A stretch of DNA of 64,000 nucleotides from sequence record MT764206.1. One strand, written 5' to 3'. A program made the position numbers and the translations under genes. Positions within the stretch are counted from its first letter, which is position 1. The number at the start of each line of letters is the position of its first letter. The DNA is from Escherichia phage JEP6. The notes below the pieces were generated by a model. That model did no database searches. It saw only the letters and a program-made list of their open reading frames with translations, and was not told where the DNA came from. Positions 9,591-18,928 of this stretch are shown here, piece after piece.

Positions 9591-11273
9591 TTAAACCATT
9601 ACAGTAAATCGACCGACTTTCTTCATTTGAAGATGCTGACCATATTCTTGCGGGTCATGGTCTTTATGCGAAATTATAAAAACATTAGTGTTTTTCATTG
9701 AATTTATAATATTAGCTACACCTTTAATACCTTCGGCATCAAATGACCCATCAAACACTTCATCAAGAATTAATGTACTAATACTAACACCAGATACGAT
9801 AGAAGCAATATCACGCCAAGTAAATAAAAGAGCAATATCGATTCGTGCCTTTTCGCCTTCACTAAATGAAGCATAACTAAAATCTTCACGACCACGGGAT
9901 TTAATTGTCTCATTAAATTCTTCATCTAATGTAAACACATAATCCGCTTCCATTATTTTAAGATAATGGTTAATCTGCTTATTAAATAATGGAATGTACT
10001 TTTTAATAATAGCACCTTTAATACCAGAATCTTTGAGCATATCAGTCAAAATTCCTCGGTGGTATTTTTCCATTACTAAATTAGTTTTTGTCTTAACAAT
10101 TTTATCAAGTTCTTCTTGAAGCAGTGCTATTTCATCAGCATGGTCAATAAACTCAGAAGATGCTTTTTCTATAGCCGCTTTAACCTTTTTAGCTTTATCT
10201 ACTGCTGCGATCAGAGATTGCTTTTTATTGCGAATATCATTTGCCAACGACTGTTGGGTTTTAATATTATCTCGGTATTCATCAACAAGAACTTTTAAAT
10301 TATCACGGTGTGTTGAAAGCTGTTCAAACGAATGCGTACATTCAGAAACTTTATCTTTAATTTTAGAAACAACTTTATCACCGGAACTTAATTGTGACAA
10401 ACAGGTTGGACATAATCCACCTTCGTGATACATATTAATGACTTTATTATACGAGTCAATTTTTGATTTAATTAAAACTGCTTCTTGACCGATTTTATTA
10501 AATGCATCAGTCGGGTCTTCATCTAAAACAATATTAACTAATCTTTCGTTAGCTTCTTCTATTTCCGATTTTAGCGTTCTAGCTTCTTTTGCCAAATCAT
10601 CATACATATTTTGAAGACGAGTAAGATTGTCACCAGACAATTTTTTCTGGCGTTCAACATTATCGTTATATATTTTAATTTGTTGGATAATACTATCTTT
10701 TTTAACATCAAGCACTTGGTTTTGTGAGTTTAATTCACGTATTAGTGCTTTATTAAGCTTATCCATTTCAGCTAATGTTCCTACCTCAAGCAGGTCTTCC
10801 ACAAGCTTTCTTCGCGCAGGGGTCGACAAACCCATGAAAGGGGTATACCCTGCTGTACCAAGGACAACAATCTGCTTGAAACTGGCATATGACATTCCGA
10901 TAAGCTGTTCAAATTCTGCTTGGAAATCTTTACTGCTGGCAGATTCATTAAGACGTGTACCGTTAACGGTGATTTCGAAAACGTTTGGTTTTTGTCCTCT
11001 TTTGATATAGTACTTTTTCTCATCATATTCCATCCACAGTTCAACTAAAAGTTCTTTCTTATTTGTGCTGTTTATTAATTGACCTTTCTTTACATCACGA
11101 AATGGCTTGCCAAAAAGCCCAAATGTGATGGCTTCTAGCATAGTAGACTTACCACCGCCATTTCGTCCAGTAATAAGAGTTTTTTGAACCTTATCTAATT
11201 GAATGTCAATCCCATTTTGACCAACTGACATTATATTTTTATATTTTACTCTATTAAGTTTAAAATTCTTCAC
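9591..11273 (-). CDS. 46: Recombination endonuclease subunit (Rad50/SbcC-like ATPase)
   Basis: Walker A GRNGGGKST, long coiled coil with CPTC zinc hook, D-loop LILDEVFDG. Confidence 0.92.
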   Translation of the reverse strand: MKNFKLNRVKYKNIMSVGQNGIDIQLDKVQKTLITGRNGGGKSTMLEAITFGLFGKPFRDVKKGQLINSTNKKELLVELWMEYDEKKYYIKRGQKPNVFEITVNGTRLNESASSKDFQAEFEQLIGMSYASFKQIVVLGTAGYTPFMGLSTPARRKLVEDLLEVGTLAEMDKLNKALIRELNSQNQVLDVKKDSIIQQIKIYNDNVERQKKLSGDNLTRLQNMYDDLAKEARTLKSEIEEANERLVNIVLDEDPTDAFNKIGQEAVLIKSKIDSYNKVINMYHEGGLCPTCLSQLSSGDKVVSKIKDKVSECTHSFEQLSTHRDNLKVLVDEYRDNIKTQQSLANDIRNKKQSLIAAVDKAKKVKAAIEKASSEFIDHADEIALLQEELDKIVKTKTNLVMEKYHRGILTDMLKDSGIKGAIIKKYIPLFNKQINHYLKIMEADYVFTLDEEFNETIKSRGREDFSYASFSEGEKARIDIALLFTWRDIASIVSGVSISTLILDEVFDGSFDAEGIKGVANIINSMKNTNVFIISHKDHDPQEYGQHLQMKKVGRFTVMV

Positions 11274-11485
11274 AAAAGATTCCTTTTAATGTATCTTTTA
11301 GACCATTCTATCATATCATCATAATCTAAAAAGTATTCATCAAATTCAGTCATGCAAACAACACCTTGTGCTGTTTTTGATGTAATATAAATTATTCCAA
11401 CATATCTAGAATCTTCTTCGGTATAATCAATGTTTGCTATGAATTCATCGTTAATGTCAAATGTCGAAAACTTCACAGTATGCAT
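11270..11485 (-). CDS. Hypothetical protein (46.1 position)
   Basis: ORF; the ATG at 11485 is the likelier start and reduces overlap with the upstream ORF. Confidence 0.45.
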   Translation of the reverse strand: MHTVKFSTFDINDEFIANIDYTEEDSRYVGIIYITSKTAQGVVCMTEFDEYFLDYDDMIEWSKRYIKRNLL

Positions 11486-11720
11486 CCTTAATACAAGATA
11501 CAGCCATATCTCGCAATGATTTAGGTGTGTCATTATCTAAAATGTTGAAGTTAAAAGATACAGCCCAGTCAGTGCAGACCGTGACCTTTTTAATACAATT
11601 ATCTTCAACTTCTAGTGGTTCAAACCAATATTCAATAATTTCTTTATGCCCAATATCATCTTTTACTTCGCATTCAAAATGCTGACTCATCATAACATTT
11701 TTAAATTCATCAAAAGTCAT
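11457..11720 (-). CDS. Hypothetical protein (46.2 position)
   Basis: 87 aa ORF, start overlaps the gene 47 stop. Confidence 0.45.
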   Translation of the reverse strand: MTFDEFKNVMMSQHFECEVKDDIGHKEIIEYWFEPLEVEDNCIKKVTVCTDWAVSFNFNILDNDTPKSLRDMAVSCIKDAYCEVFDI

Positions 11721-12736
11721 TGTGTTGCCTCTACATATAGCTGATTTGCATATTGAATAAGTGCTTCACGGTCAGAATCAGTGATGTCTGGAATTGCATT
11801 AATATACTCTTCCATTAATGTCTGAAGCGATTGAACTTCAACTTCTTCACTGTCATCTGACTCGACAGAGTTATCAATCTTTGACACAACTCGTAACGAA
11901 TGCACAACTTTTTCTAGTTCAGATTCGAACTTCGTCAGATTTTTGTCTACTTCAGTTACTATAACACGTACTGATAGATTTGTAAAATCTTTATAGTCAA
12001 TTTTTCCTTTAAATGGATAATGAATTCTACGATGCCAGGTAGTATTGTTTGGAATAAATTCCATTCGTTCTGTTTCTGTATCAAACATCCAGAACCCACG
12101 AGGGTCATTCTCGTCACCGGCAGTTAGTGTCCATGGTGTCCCAATATATCTGACGTTAGCAGCCTCAGAGATAGTATGGAAGTGACCAGACCACACCTCT
12201 TTATAAGTCTTAAGGAAATCGGGTTCAAGACCATGAGATTTCATTCCTTTATAAAAATAAAATCCATTCAGTTCCCAGTGACCAACACAAAAAGAAGCAG
12301 ATGAAGTTTTGATGTGCTCAAGAATTTCACCAGTATTTTCTTCGCACATCCAAGGAATTAAATCAATCAAACATCCGTCAAAATCTACTGTAGTAGGCTT
12401 ATCATATACTTTAACATTAGGATATTTAGCCAAAAGCTCAGTAGAGGCATTTGGATGCATTACATTTTTATAGTGGAGATCGTGATTTCCTACAATAGTA
12501 TGTAATGTGATTCCAGCGTCATCAAGCATTTGAACTATTTCACGGGCAAACTCCATAGTTTTGTGTGTGATTGCTTTTCGCACATCAAAAATATCACCAT
12601 ATTGAATCCAGGTAGTAATTCCATTTTTCTTAGAATATTCTATTGCTTGTTTAATTCCATCAATTTGAATACCGCGAATCCACTCATCATCAGCTTTAAC
12701 GCCTAAATGCCAATCACCTAAATTTAAAATTTTCAT
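11717..12736 (-). CDS. 47: Recombination endonuclease subunit (Mre11/SbcD-like phosphoesterase)
   Basis: Motifs GDWHLG, GDIFD, GNHD, GHWE. Confidence 0.92.
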   Translation of the reverse strand: MKILNLGDWHLGVKADDEWIRGIQIDGIKQAIEYSKKNGITTWIQYGDIFDVRKAITHKTMEFAREIVQMLDDAGITLHTIVGNHDLHYKNVMHPNASTELLAKYPNVKVYDKPTTVDFDGCLIDLIPWMCEENTGEILEHIKTSSASFCVGHWELNGFYFYKGMKSHGLEPDFLKTYKEVWSGHFHTISEAANVRYIGTPWTLTAGDENDPRGFWMFDTETERMEFIPNNTTWHRRIHYPFKGKIDYKDFTNLSVRVIVTEVDKNLTKFESELEKVVHSLRVVSKIDNSVESDDSEEVEVQSLQTLMEEYINAIPDITDSDREALIQYANQLYVEATQ

Positions 12737-12873
12737 ATATCAAGAACCGTCATTGAAATGCAAAATAAAATTATTGAAATAAATCCATCTGGAGTGCTAA
12801 AGAACCCAATCCAACACGCTCTAGTGAATAGATAAAATGCAAGAAAAAGTATCACATATCCAAGAAATATCAT
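12733..12873 (-). CDS. Small hydrophobic peptide (47.1 position)
   Basis: 46-codon ORF MIFLGYVILFLAFYLF..., stop overlaps the gene 47 ATG (ATATGA); below the track size cutoff. Confidence 0.35.
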   Translation of the reverse strand: MIFLGYVILFLAFYLFTRACWIGFFSTPDGFISIILFCISMTVLDI

Positions 12874-12896
12874 TATATCAAACTCCGTATAAAGCT

Positions 12897-12914
12897 AAAG
12901 GGCCGAAGCCCTTT
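12897..12914 (-). terminator. C(UUCG)G hairpin at the alpha-gt stop
   Basis: aaagggccgaagcccttt. Confidence 0.55.
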
Positions 12915-14115
12915 ATTTTGTAATAATGTCAAACTGTTCTTTAAAGCAGAAGCTTGAATCTTGGTGCTGATACAAAAATTCATATGCTTTTTCTCGCTCA
13001 CGGTCATAAAGAGCTCGGTCAGATGACAGTTCTTTAATACGCTCGAATGTTGATTCCATGTCATTTTCATCAAACCAAATGATACCACTATCATGCGAGG
13101 TCAAAGGAGTATTATCAACACGGAATTTTAAATTATCACCCGTTGATTTCCAAAATACCGGAATTGTACCGCAAGCACCTAATTCAAGATGAGTATATTC
13201 GAGTGAGCGTTGTAAGTATTTCTGGTTAAGTTTACTCAACTGATATCCAAAGCCAGATTTACTCATTCGTTCAAGCATTTCACTATTAATATAACAATCT
13301 AGGATTTGTGCCGGTTGATTCGGCGTGAGATTCATTTTATCAATCTCACGATTACCATAATATTCATACGGAATACCTTTTTCCTTAATTGCAATAAAAG
13401 CAGGGGAACGTTCAAGACCTTCCATTACAGTGGATTTACCAGCAGGTTTTAAGAATTTTTCGTGAAAATCAAACATCTGATAAAAACCTTTCCATGTAGT
13501 CGTACGACCAATCCAACGGTTGATGTTCATGTTAATTTCAGAAACATCTTTCCAATAAGTTGACCGAACCTTCACAATATCCATAGGAGGCTGAAAATTA
13601 TATACTGTTGGTGCTTCTTCAATATCATCAAACAGAGAAACAGTTTCTGGATACCATTCTTTCATCAGAACTTTATTAAAATCGCCATTATCAGAATGAC
13701 TAAAAATAACATCAGCTCGACGAACAGTTTCTTCTAATCCCAAATTTCGACGCAAAGAAAGCACAGAATGATCATGCTGATAAACTACAACACGAATAGA
13801 AGGTTTAATATTATCTAAAAGTTTTTTATAGTTATTAATCGTAGCTTCTTGAACGGAAGTAGCAGGAACAGAATTAATAATTAGAATATCACAATCATTT
13901 ACCAGCTTAAGTGCTTTATCGTATTCTTTAGCTAAAATAACTGGAATTGAAAATGATTTGTGGTCATGAGAACTTGTACGAGTAAATGATTTATCTTTAG
14001 CATAAACCAAAGTTACTTCATGACCATTTTTAATAAACCAATCACGCTGCTCAAGAGAAAATTTAGTTACACCGCAACCTTCAAGACCCCGAGCCAGAAA
14101 AATGCATACTTTCAT
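12913..14115 (-). CDS. agt: DNA alpha-glucosyltransferase
   Basis: 400 aa M(K/R)VCIF(L/M)ARGLEGCGVTKFSLEQRDWFIKNGHEV..., recognised as T4 AGT. Confidence 0.92.
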   Translation of the reverse strand: MKVCIFLARGLEGCGVTKFSLEQRDWFIKNGHEVTLVYAKDKSFTRTSSHDHKSFSIPVILAKEYDKALKLVNDCDILIINSVPATSVQEATINNYKKLLDNIKPSIRVVVYQHDHSVLSLRRNLGLEETVRRADVIFSHSDNGDFNKVLMKEWYPETVSLFDDIEEAPTVYNFQPPMDIVKVRSTYWKDVSEINMNINRWIGRTTTWKGFYQMFDFHEKFLKPAGKSTVMEGLERSPAFIAIKEKGIPYEYYGNREIDKMNLTPNQPAQILDCYINSEMLERMSKSGFGYQLSKLNQKYLQRSLEYTHLELGACGTIPVFWKSTGDNLKFRVDNTPLTSHDSGIIWFDENDMESTFERIKELSSDRALYDREREKAYEFLYQHQDSSFCFKEQFDIITK

Positions 14116-14169
14116 TTAATATCCTCTTTGTTTTGGTTTATTTTATCAAAAAATTTATAAAGCAATATA

Positions 14170-14183
14170 GGAGCCGAAGCTCC
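14170..14183 (-). terminator. UUCG-type hairpin upstream of alpha-gt
   Basis: ggagccgaagctcc. Confidence 0.45.
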
Positions 14184-14359
14184 TATCCGCATAATACGCC
14201 ATACAAAGGCTCGTTAGAGCTTCTAAATTTTTATGCGCTTATATGTTATAGTTCCTTCTGCTTTAGCTTTATCGTAAGACTCTTTAAAGCGTCTCATCAT
14301 TTCTACTTTAGAGGAACGAATTTTATTATAATCTATTTCAGAAGTCTGGTGTTCATCTT

Positions 14360-14566
14360 TCATAACTGCCACCATTTTTTGACTTGATAAGAATCAACCC
14401 ACACTTTCATATTAGGGTCTGCTCTTACAATAGGAGGATTAACTTCTTTAATTGAACTATCATGGTATTCTTTTTCAGAAATTTTCACGCAAAGATGACC
14501 GTTCAAAGATTCAGTAAATCCTGCATTAATTTTAAGACGCTTGAATTTTACGTGTGTAAGCATCAA
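14360..14566 (-). CDS. Hypothetical protein
   Basis: 68 aa ORF. Confidence 0.4.
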   Translation of the reverse strand: MMLTHVKFKRLKINAGFTESLNGHLCVKISEKEYHDSSIKEVNPPIVRADPNMKVWVDSYQVKKWWQL

Positions 14567-14849
14567 TCATATCCTCAATCTGCGATCTAGTAGTCTTCCA
14601 AAGAATACTGATGAGTTCATCGTTATATGGCTGTTTTAGAATATCCCGACTTTTCTTGATAGCATATTCGTATTGAGCAAAATTATTATTTTCAGCTGCG
14701 ATCTGAGCGTGCTTATAAAGACGATTCAGTTCGCGTTTGTTTTTAGACAATAACTTATTTGCTTTTCTTTCTGCTTCAAGACGGTTCTTTTCTTCAATAG
14801 AAGAAATAAGCTTTTCCACTTCATCATTAATTTCGGGTTTATCAGTCAT
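14532..14849 (-). CDS. Hypothetical helical protein
   Basis: 105 aa ORF, charged and coiled-coil-like. Confidence 0.5.
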   Translation of the reverse strand: MTDKPEINDEVEKLISSIEEKNRLEAERKANKLLSKNKRELNRLYKHAQIAAENNNFAQYEYAIKKSRDILKQPYNDELISILWKTTRSQIEDMIDAYTRKIQAS

Positions 14850-14850
14850 A

Positions 14851-15069
14851 TTATTTCTCTAATATAAAATAAAAATCATCATCTGTTAAATGATACCGAT
14901 AGTTTAATTCTACACCATTAGATTTAAAAGCGGTATCATACGGATTTTCTGGATCAATATCAATGTCAAGAGCTAAAACTTCCCTGAGATACATTTTAAG
15001 TAAATAGGGAATAGCTTCAACTTCAGGTATTTCTTCCAAGAATCCGGAGAGGTTAATCGTTAGCCTCAT
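14851..15069 (-). CDS. Hypothetical protein
   Basis: 72 aa ORF abutting gene 55. Confidence 0.45.
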
Positions 15070-15610
15070 ATAAAAAATCCAAACTAGGAGAATCGTCTAC
15101 AACACTTTTCTTTTCAGCCCCTGGTGTTCTATAGGTTGATTCTTCGTAATGCGTCATTTTATCGTAGATGTCTTGAATAAAAGTTTCATCTACTAACGCA
15201 ACCATATCGTCGTCACGACTGTCATAGACATTGTGAACGAAGTAACTATATTTCTTTGCAACTTCCTTACGTTCTTTTTTAATACGTTGGACGAATGCAT
15301 TAAAACAAGCTTGAGTTATATACGCATGTGGGTTTTTATATTTCGTTTCATCAAAATTATGAAGCCCCTTAATAGAAGCTTCTATACCATCTGCAATCAT
15401 TTCTTGTTTCCAAGACTGGGTGTATCCTGAAAAGTTGAAACGTTTAGATAAGCCTTCTGCAATAAGCATAATGGCTAATCCGATAGTATCATTCTGACGA
15501 ACTACTTTATTTGGGTCTTTATTATTTGCTAATTCTGTTTTCCAATCAATAATAGCTTGTAAAAGCTCTTTATTGTTTACGTAATTATATTTAGGCTTAG
15601 TTTCTGACAT
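15053..15610 (-). CDS. 55: Late-transcription sigma factor
   Basis: [23 protein letters not shown]... matches gp55 (185 aa from the ATG at 15610). Confidence 0.9.
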
Positions 15611-15688
15611 TTTCACCTCTTAGCTCAATTCATAGATCTATTATATCATAATATTTGAAGATCTATCTTAAAGCATAGAGGATATCAG

Positions 15689-15958
15689 TTATCTAAGTAA
15701 ACAGTATGCTTGGAATACTTTCTCCATCATCTTTTTAAATTCATGAATATCTATATAATGACTAGTTAAATCAGCATGATATAAAAAGTCTAAAAACTTT
15801 TCATGTGTGCTAACATATTCGCTTTCATTTAATTCAGAAACATGGCTTTCCCAATATCCAACACCAGTCTTATTTGGGAAAAATGAAATTTTCATGTATT
15901 GGTCAACATAGAAAATGCCATAATTTTCAATAGTAATAGAAATATTAATAAATTTCAT
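15689..15958 (-). CDS. Hypothetical protein
   Basis: 89 aa ORF. Confidence 0.45.
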   Translation of the reverse strand: MKFINISITIENYGIFYVDQYMKISFFPNKTGVGYWESHVSELNESEYVSTHEKFLDFLYHADLTSHYIDIHEFKKMMEKVFQAYCLLR

Positions 15959-16170
15959 ACATTCATCAACTTAGCCGCTTCAAGAGCTGCATCTAGTGAA
16001 TCAAATTGGTCAACGTATTCAATCAATTCGCCGTAATTAGCGTATAACCACCATTGGCTAAATTCATACTCAAGGATGAATCCGTTTCCTTCAATTTGAG
16101 TTAAACCAATGCCATTTGTATTTACTTCATACCCAGCAAGACGTAAATCGTTAATAAGAGCTTCGTTCAT
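15955..16170 (-). CDS. Hypothetical acidic protein
   Basis: 71 aa ORF. Confidence 0.45.
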   Translation of the reverse strand: MNEALINDLRLAGYEVNTNGIGLTQIEGNGFILEYEFSQWWLYANYGELIEYVDQFDSLDAALEAAKLMNV

Positions 16171-16172
16171 AA

Positions 16173-16499
16173 TTATACCTTAGTAATTTTCAGGTCTGCA
16201 AATTTTTTCTTGCGTTGATTTTTCATGCGACGAATAGCTTTATCGGAAATTTCATGCTTTTGATAAGCTTTAGATTCTACACCAAAAGCTTTAACATCAA
16301 ATTCTGACAAGATATATTGAACCAACAATTCACGGACAGTATTGCGTCCAATCTTCTGATCATTCTGTTTCATCATCTGATGAAGCTCTTTTTCCCATTT
16401 ATCCAAAATTTGAGGAGTTACAATATCGCCTTTTTCTAGCAAAGAAACTACTTTATCATATGCGTAAGAATTAATGACGTTTTTAATTTGAATAGTCAT
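16173..16499 (-). CDS. Hypothetical protein
   Basis: 108 aa ORF. Confidence 0.5.
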   Translation of the reverse strand: MTIQIKNVINSYAYDKVVSLLEKGDIVTPQILDKWEKELHQMMKQNDQKIGRNTVRELLVQYILSEFDVKAFGVESKAYQKHEISDKAIRRMKNQRKKKFADLKITKV

Positions 16500-16537
16500 A
16501 CATTATCCTCAATTACGTTAAAATTTTATTATCCAAA

Positions 16538-16553
16538 AAGGGCCGAAGCCCTT
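16538..16553 (-). terminator. C(UUCG)G hairpin
   Basis: aagggccgaagccctt. Confidence 0.5.
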
Positions 16554-16752
16554 AGCTAAACTTTTTGGCACCCTTCCAGCCTTCGTACATCATTGCGACT
16601 GACAATGACAAAGCTCCTTCACATGCTGCATACTTATTATTCCAGAACCAATTTAGAAAAACTTCATCCTCAATACCATTGTGTTTCATGTTCTGGAAAA
16701 ATTTGGCGCGTTCTTCACGAAGCTTTTGCGATAATTTAGATTCAGGATTCAT
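16552..16752 (-). CDS. Hypothetical protein
   Basis: 66 aa ORF. Confidence 0.45.
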   Translation of the reverse strand: MNPESKLSQKLREERAKFFQNMKHNGIEDEVFLNWFWNNKYAACEGALSLSVAMMYEGWKGAKKFS

Positions 16753-16968
16753 TTAAATTTCCCAATTACCATTTTCATCAATAAATTTAATCCAGTCATT
16801 TACTGACCACTTGGTCGTATCGCCTTTTGGAGTAACATTTAAAGTATATAACCCCTGCTTAAAAAGCATTCGTTTGATATTCATATTTTCCTCAGCTGTA
16901 ACGATAGCACTCGTTTGATTTACGTTTAGCAACTCGTTGAGAAATATTATAATCAAAATCATCGTCAA
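16753..16968 (-). CDS. Hypothetical protein
   Basis: 71 aa ORF. Confidence 0.4.
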   Translation of the reverse strand: MTMILIIIFLNELLNVNQTSAIVTAEENMNIKRMLFKQGLYTLNVTPKGDTTKWSVNDWIKFIDENGNWEI

Positions 16969-17230
16969 TGTAAACTGATTTTTTCAACTTTCTTACTTCA
17001 CCACGTAATTGACGATTCAATTCATTCTTAACCTCTGAATCAACACCTCGCATACGTCGCCATTTATCTGAGCGAAAAATGTTTTCAACCATATCTTTAT
17101 GACTTACCCCATCAGGAGCTTTACGCTTTCCGAAATAGTCATAATCACGCACTTTTAAGTCTTTACGACGATACGTTTTACCCATAGAGTTTAATTTCCT
17201 TAGCAACTGAACTAAATACAGCACGGTCAC
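16892..17230 (-). CDS. Hypothetical basic protein
   Basis: 112 aa ORF, K/R-rich; the true start may be internal. Confidence 0.4.
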   Translation of the reverse strand: MTVLYLVQLLRKLNSMGKTYRRKDLKVRDYDYFGKRKAPDGVSHKDMVENIFRSDKWRRMRGVDSEVKNELNRQLRGEVRKLKKSVYIDDDFDYNISQRVAKRKSNECYRYS

Positions 17231-17360
17231 AAATCATGTGTTTATGTAACTTAAGTATAAGATAATAAACATCATAACCATTTACGTAAGTAACGCGAAC
17301 AGCATTACCATTAATAAGATAATACTGTCCCTTTTTAATTTCTTTATCAATCATAACCAT
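17178..17360 (-). CDS. Hypothetical protein
   Basis: 60 aa ORF downstream of the promoter at 17388-17420. Confidence 0.4.
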   Translation of the reverse strand: MVMIDKEIKKGQYYLINGNAVRVTYVNGYDVYYLILKLHKHMICDRAVFSSVAKEIKLYG

Positions 17361-17387
17361 ATCAATTCCTCAAAGGCAATTCATGTG

Positions 17388-17420
17388 TTAATAATACCAC
17401 GGTTTGAACTTGTTGTAAAC
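17388..17420 (-). promoter_or_regulatory. Early promoter cassette copy
   Basis: taataatacca ... gtaaacaactttgtgaaa. Confidence 0.5.
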
Positions 17421-17499
17421 AACTTTGTGAAAATATTTTAGGGAATGATAAGAAAGGAACGATAGCTTAGAATGGTAATATACAGAATGTAAGAAAGAA

Positions 17500-17514
17500 A
17501 GGCCCAGAAGGCCT
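17500..17514 (-). terminator. Hairpin after the glutaredoxin-like gene
   Basis: aggcccagaaggcct. Confidence 0.45.
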
Positions 17515-17517
17515 ATC

Positions 17518-17970
17518 TTAGTCTTCTATGATATCTCTATCATATCCAAGTGAAATGAGGGTTTCTTTGAAGTGTTTAATGTTCTTTTGTCTGGAATCAT
17601 TAATGAAAATGACTGGATAACGAATGTTAAGAGATGTGAATCCGGCGCGTTTAGCAAGAGATACAATCAGTGGACGATCATACTCAATCTTACCATTATT
17701 TGTAAGAACTTTATAGAAAGTAAAAGGAGCACTGAGCTCCTTTAGAAGTTTTGTAACTGATTGACATCCAGGACAACGACCTACTTCATCTGGAATTCCA
17801 TAGACTTCAATCTTATTCTTTAAGTTCGAGTTTTGTTCCACGAGAAATAATTCCTTGGTAAGCCCAATAAGGAGGATTAACAGAATCCTCGCCAGAGTTT
17901 TCTTCAGGAAAATAAACCTGGATAACGAAGCCGGATTCATCAAAGGTAAAATAAACCGTAGGCAGTTCAC
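17518..17970 (-). CDS. Glutaredoxin/NrdH-like redoxin (CPGC active site); start uncertain, conserved domain begins near 17814
   Basis: KIEVYGIPDEVGRCPGCQ... redoxin motif; no in-frame ATG near the domain start; the long ORF overlaps the upstream ORF by about 158 nt. Confidence 0.6.
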   Translation of the reverse strand: MNCLRFILPLMNPASLSRFIFLKKTLARILLILLIGLTKELFLVEQNSNLKNKIEVYGIPDEVGRCPGCQSVTKLLKELSAPFTFYKVLTNNGKIEYDRPLIVSLAKRAGFTSLNIRYPVIFINDSRQKNIKHFKETLISLGYDRDIIED

Positions 17971-18124
17971 CTAACAAATCGGCACGAGCGTTGATTTCTT
18001 CGAGGTCTTGTTCACGTCCAGCCCAGAAGCTTGGGTTCAGACTACATTCATAGAAATAATAGTCATTACCGAACATATCAAAACCATTCCAACTCTCTAC
18101 TACATACCGCTCAAAACTAATCAT
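17813..18124 (-). CDS. Hypothetical acidic protein
   Basis: 103 aa ORF. Confidence 0.5.
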   Translation of the reverse strand: MISFERYVVESWNGFDMFGNDYYFYECSLNPSFWAGREQDLEEINARADLLGELPTVYFTFDESGFVIQVYFPEENSGEDSVNPPYWAYQGIISRGTKLELKE

Positions 18125-18126
18125 AA

Positions 18127-18342
18127 TTAAGCCTTTTTATCAAGAACAGCATTCAGCTTGTTAGTAATTTTATCCAGACGCTCATTGAACTCACTAGAAG
18201 ATAAACCTTTTTCTGGAGAAATTAAGCTAATCACGAAAAATATAGCAATAAAAGGAATAAGGAAAATAGCTCCAACTGCCATAAACAGAAAGAATGTTAC
18301 AGTTGTAAGAAAATCAGCTAAACCTTTACGAAATTTATACAT
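18127..18342 (-). CDS. Small membrane protein
   Basis: 71 aa with a central hydrophobic helix. Confidence 0.5.
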   Translation of the reverse strand: MYKFRKGLADFLTTVTFFLFMAVGAIFLIPFIAIFFVISLISPEKGLSSSEFNERLDKITNKLNAVLDKKA

Positions 18343-18457
18343 ATTTTATCCTTAATTAATTAACCAAGCATTGATAAGTACTAAACTATACTGCGAATAA
18401 AATTCTGGACCAAAATGAAAAATCATATCATTTATAGTATCCATAATGTAATTCAAT

Positions 18458-18928
18458 TTAATCATGTTTCCACACCCCATCGGTATTTGACCAAAGTCGC
18501 TGATTATCTGATCCTCGCCACAACTTTTTAGTCGGAAGATTTTTCTCATACTTCCCATCAATAATAACATCAACATATTTAAGCATTTCTAGTTGTTTAA
18601 TATCTTCAAACTTATATCCTGTCCACAACCAAATGCTTTTATTGGGATAAAGATTTTTAATAGTTTGAACCACAGAGTGAATCACGTCTCTGTTATCAGG
18701 ATAAAGAGGGTCACCTCCAGTTATAGTCAATCCTTCTATATAATCATTATTCAAACATTCAATTAATTGCTCTAGTGTTTCACCAGTGAATGGAATACCA
18801 TTTCTAGCATTCCATGTTGATTTATTATAACACCCTTCGCATTTATGCAAACATCCAGTAACAAAAAGAACGGTCCTGCACCCAGGACCATTAACAAAAT
18901 CGCAAGGATAAAATCTATCATAATTCAT
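18458..18928 (-). CDS. nrdG: Anaerobic ribonucleotide reductase activating protein (radical SAM)
   Basis: CxxxCxxC cluster CLHKCEGC; 156 aa. Confidence 0.9.
   Translation of the reverse strand: MNYDRFYPCDFVNGPGCRTVLFVTGCLHKCEGCYNKSTWNARNGIPFTGETLEQLIECLNNDYIEGLTITGGDPLYPDNRDVIHSVVQTIKNLYPNKSIWLWTGYKFEDIKQLEMLKYVDVIIDGKYEKNLPTKKLWRGSDNQRLWSNTDGVWKHD

Noticed and set aside
11270-11720. Programmed frameshift joining the two overlapping 87-aa ORFs between genes 46 and 47
   Set aside because: An internal ATG at 11485 with a plausible start context reduces the overlap to 29 nt, typical of phage translational coupling; no slippery heptamer was seen.
12873-13094. 73-aa minus-strand ORF overlapping alpha-gt in another frame (similarly 18352-18576 inside nrdG, 3504-3689 inside gene 43, 31909-32103 inside the NTase gene)
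   Set aside because: Nested alternative-frame ORFs inside strongly supported genes; no independent start signals.
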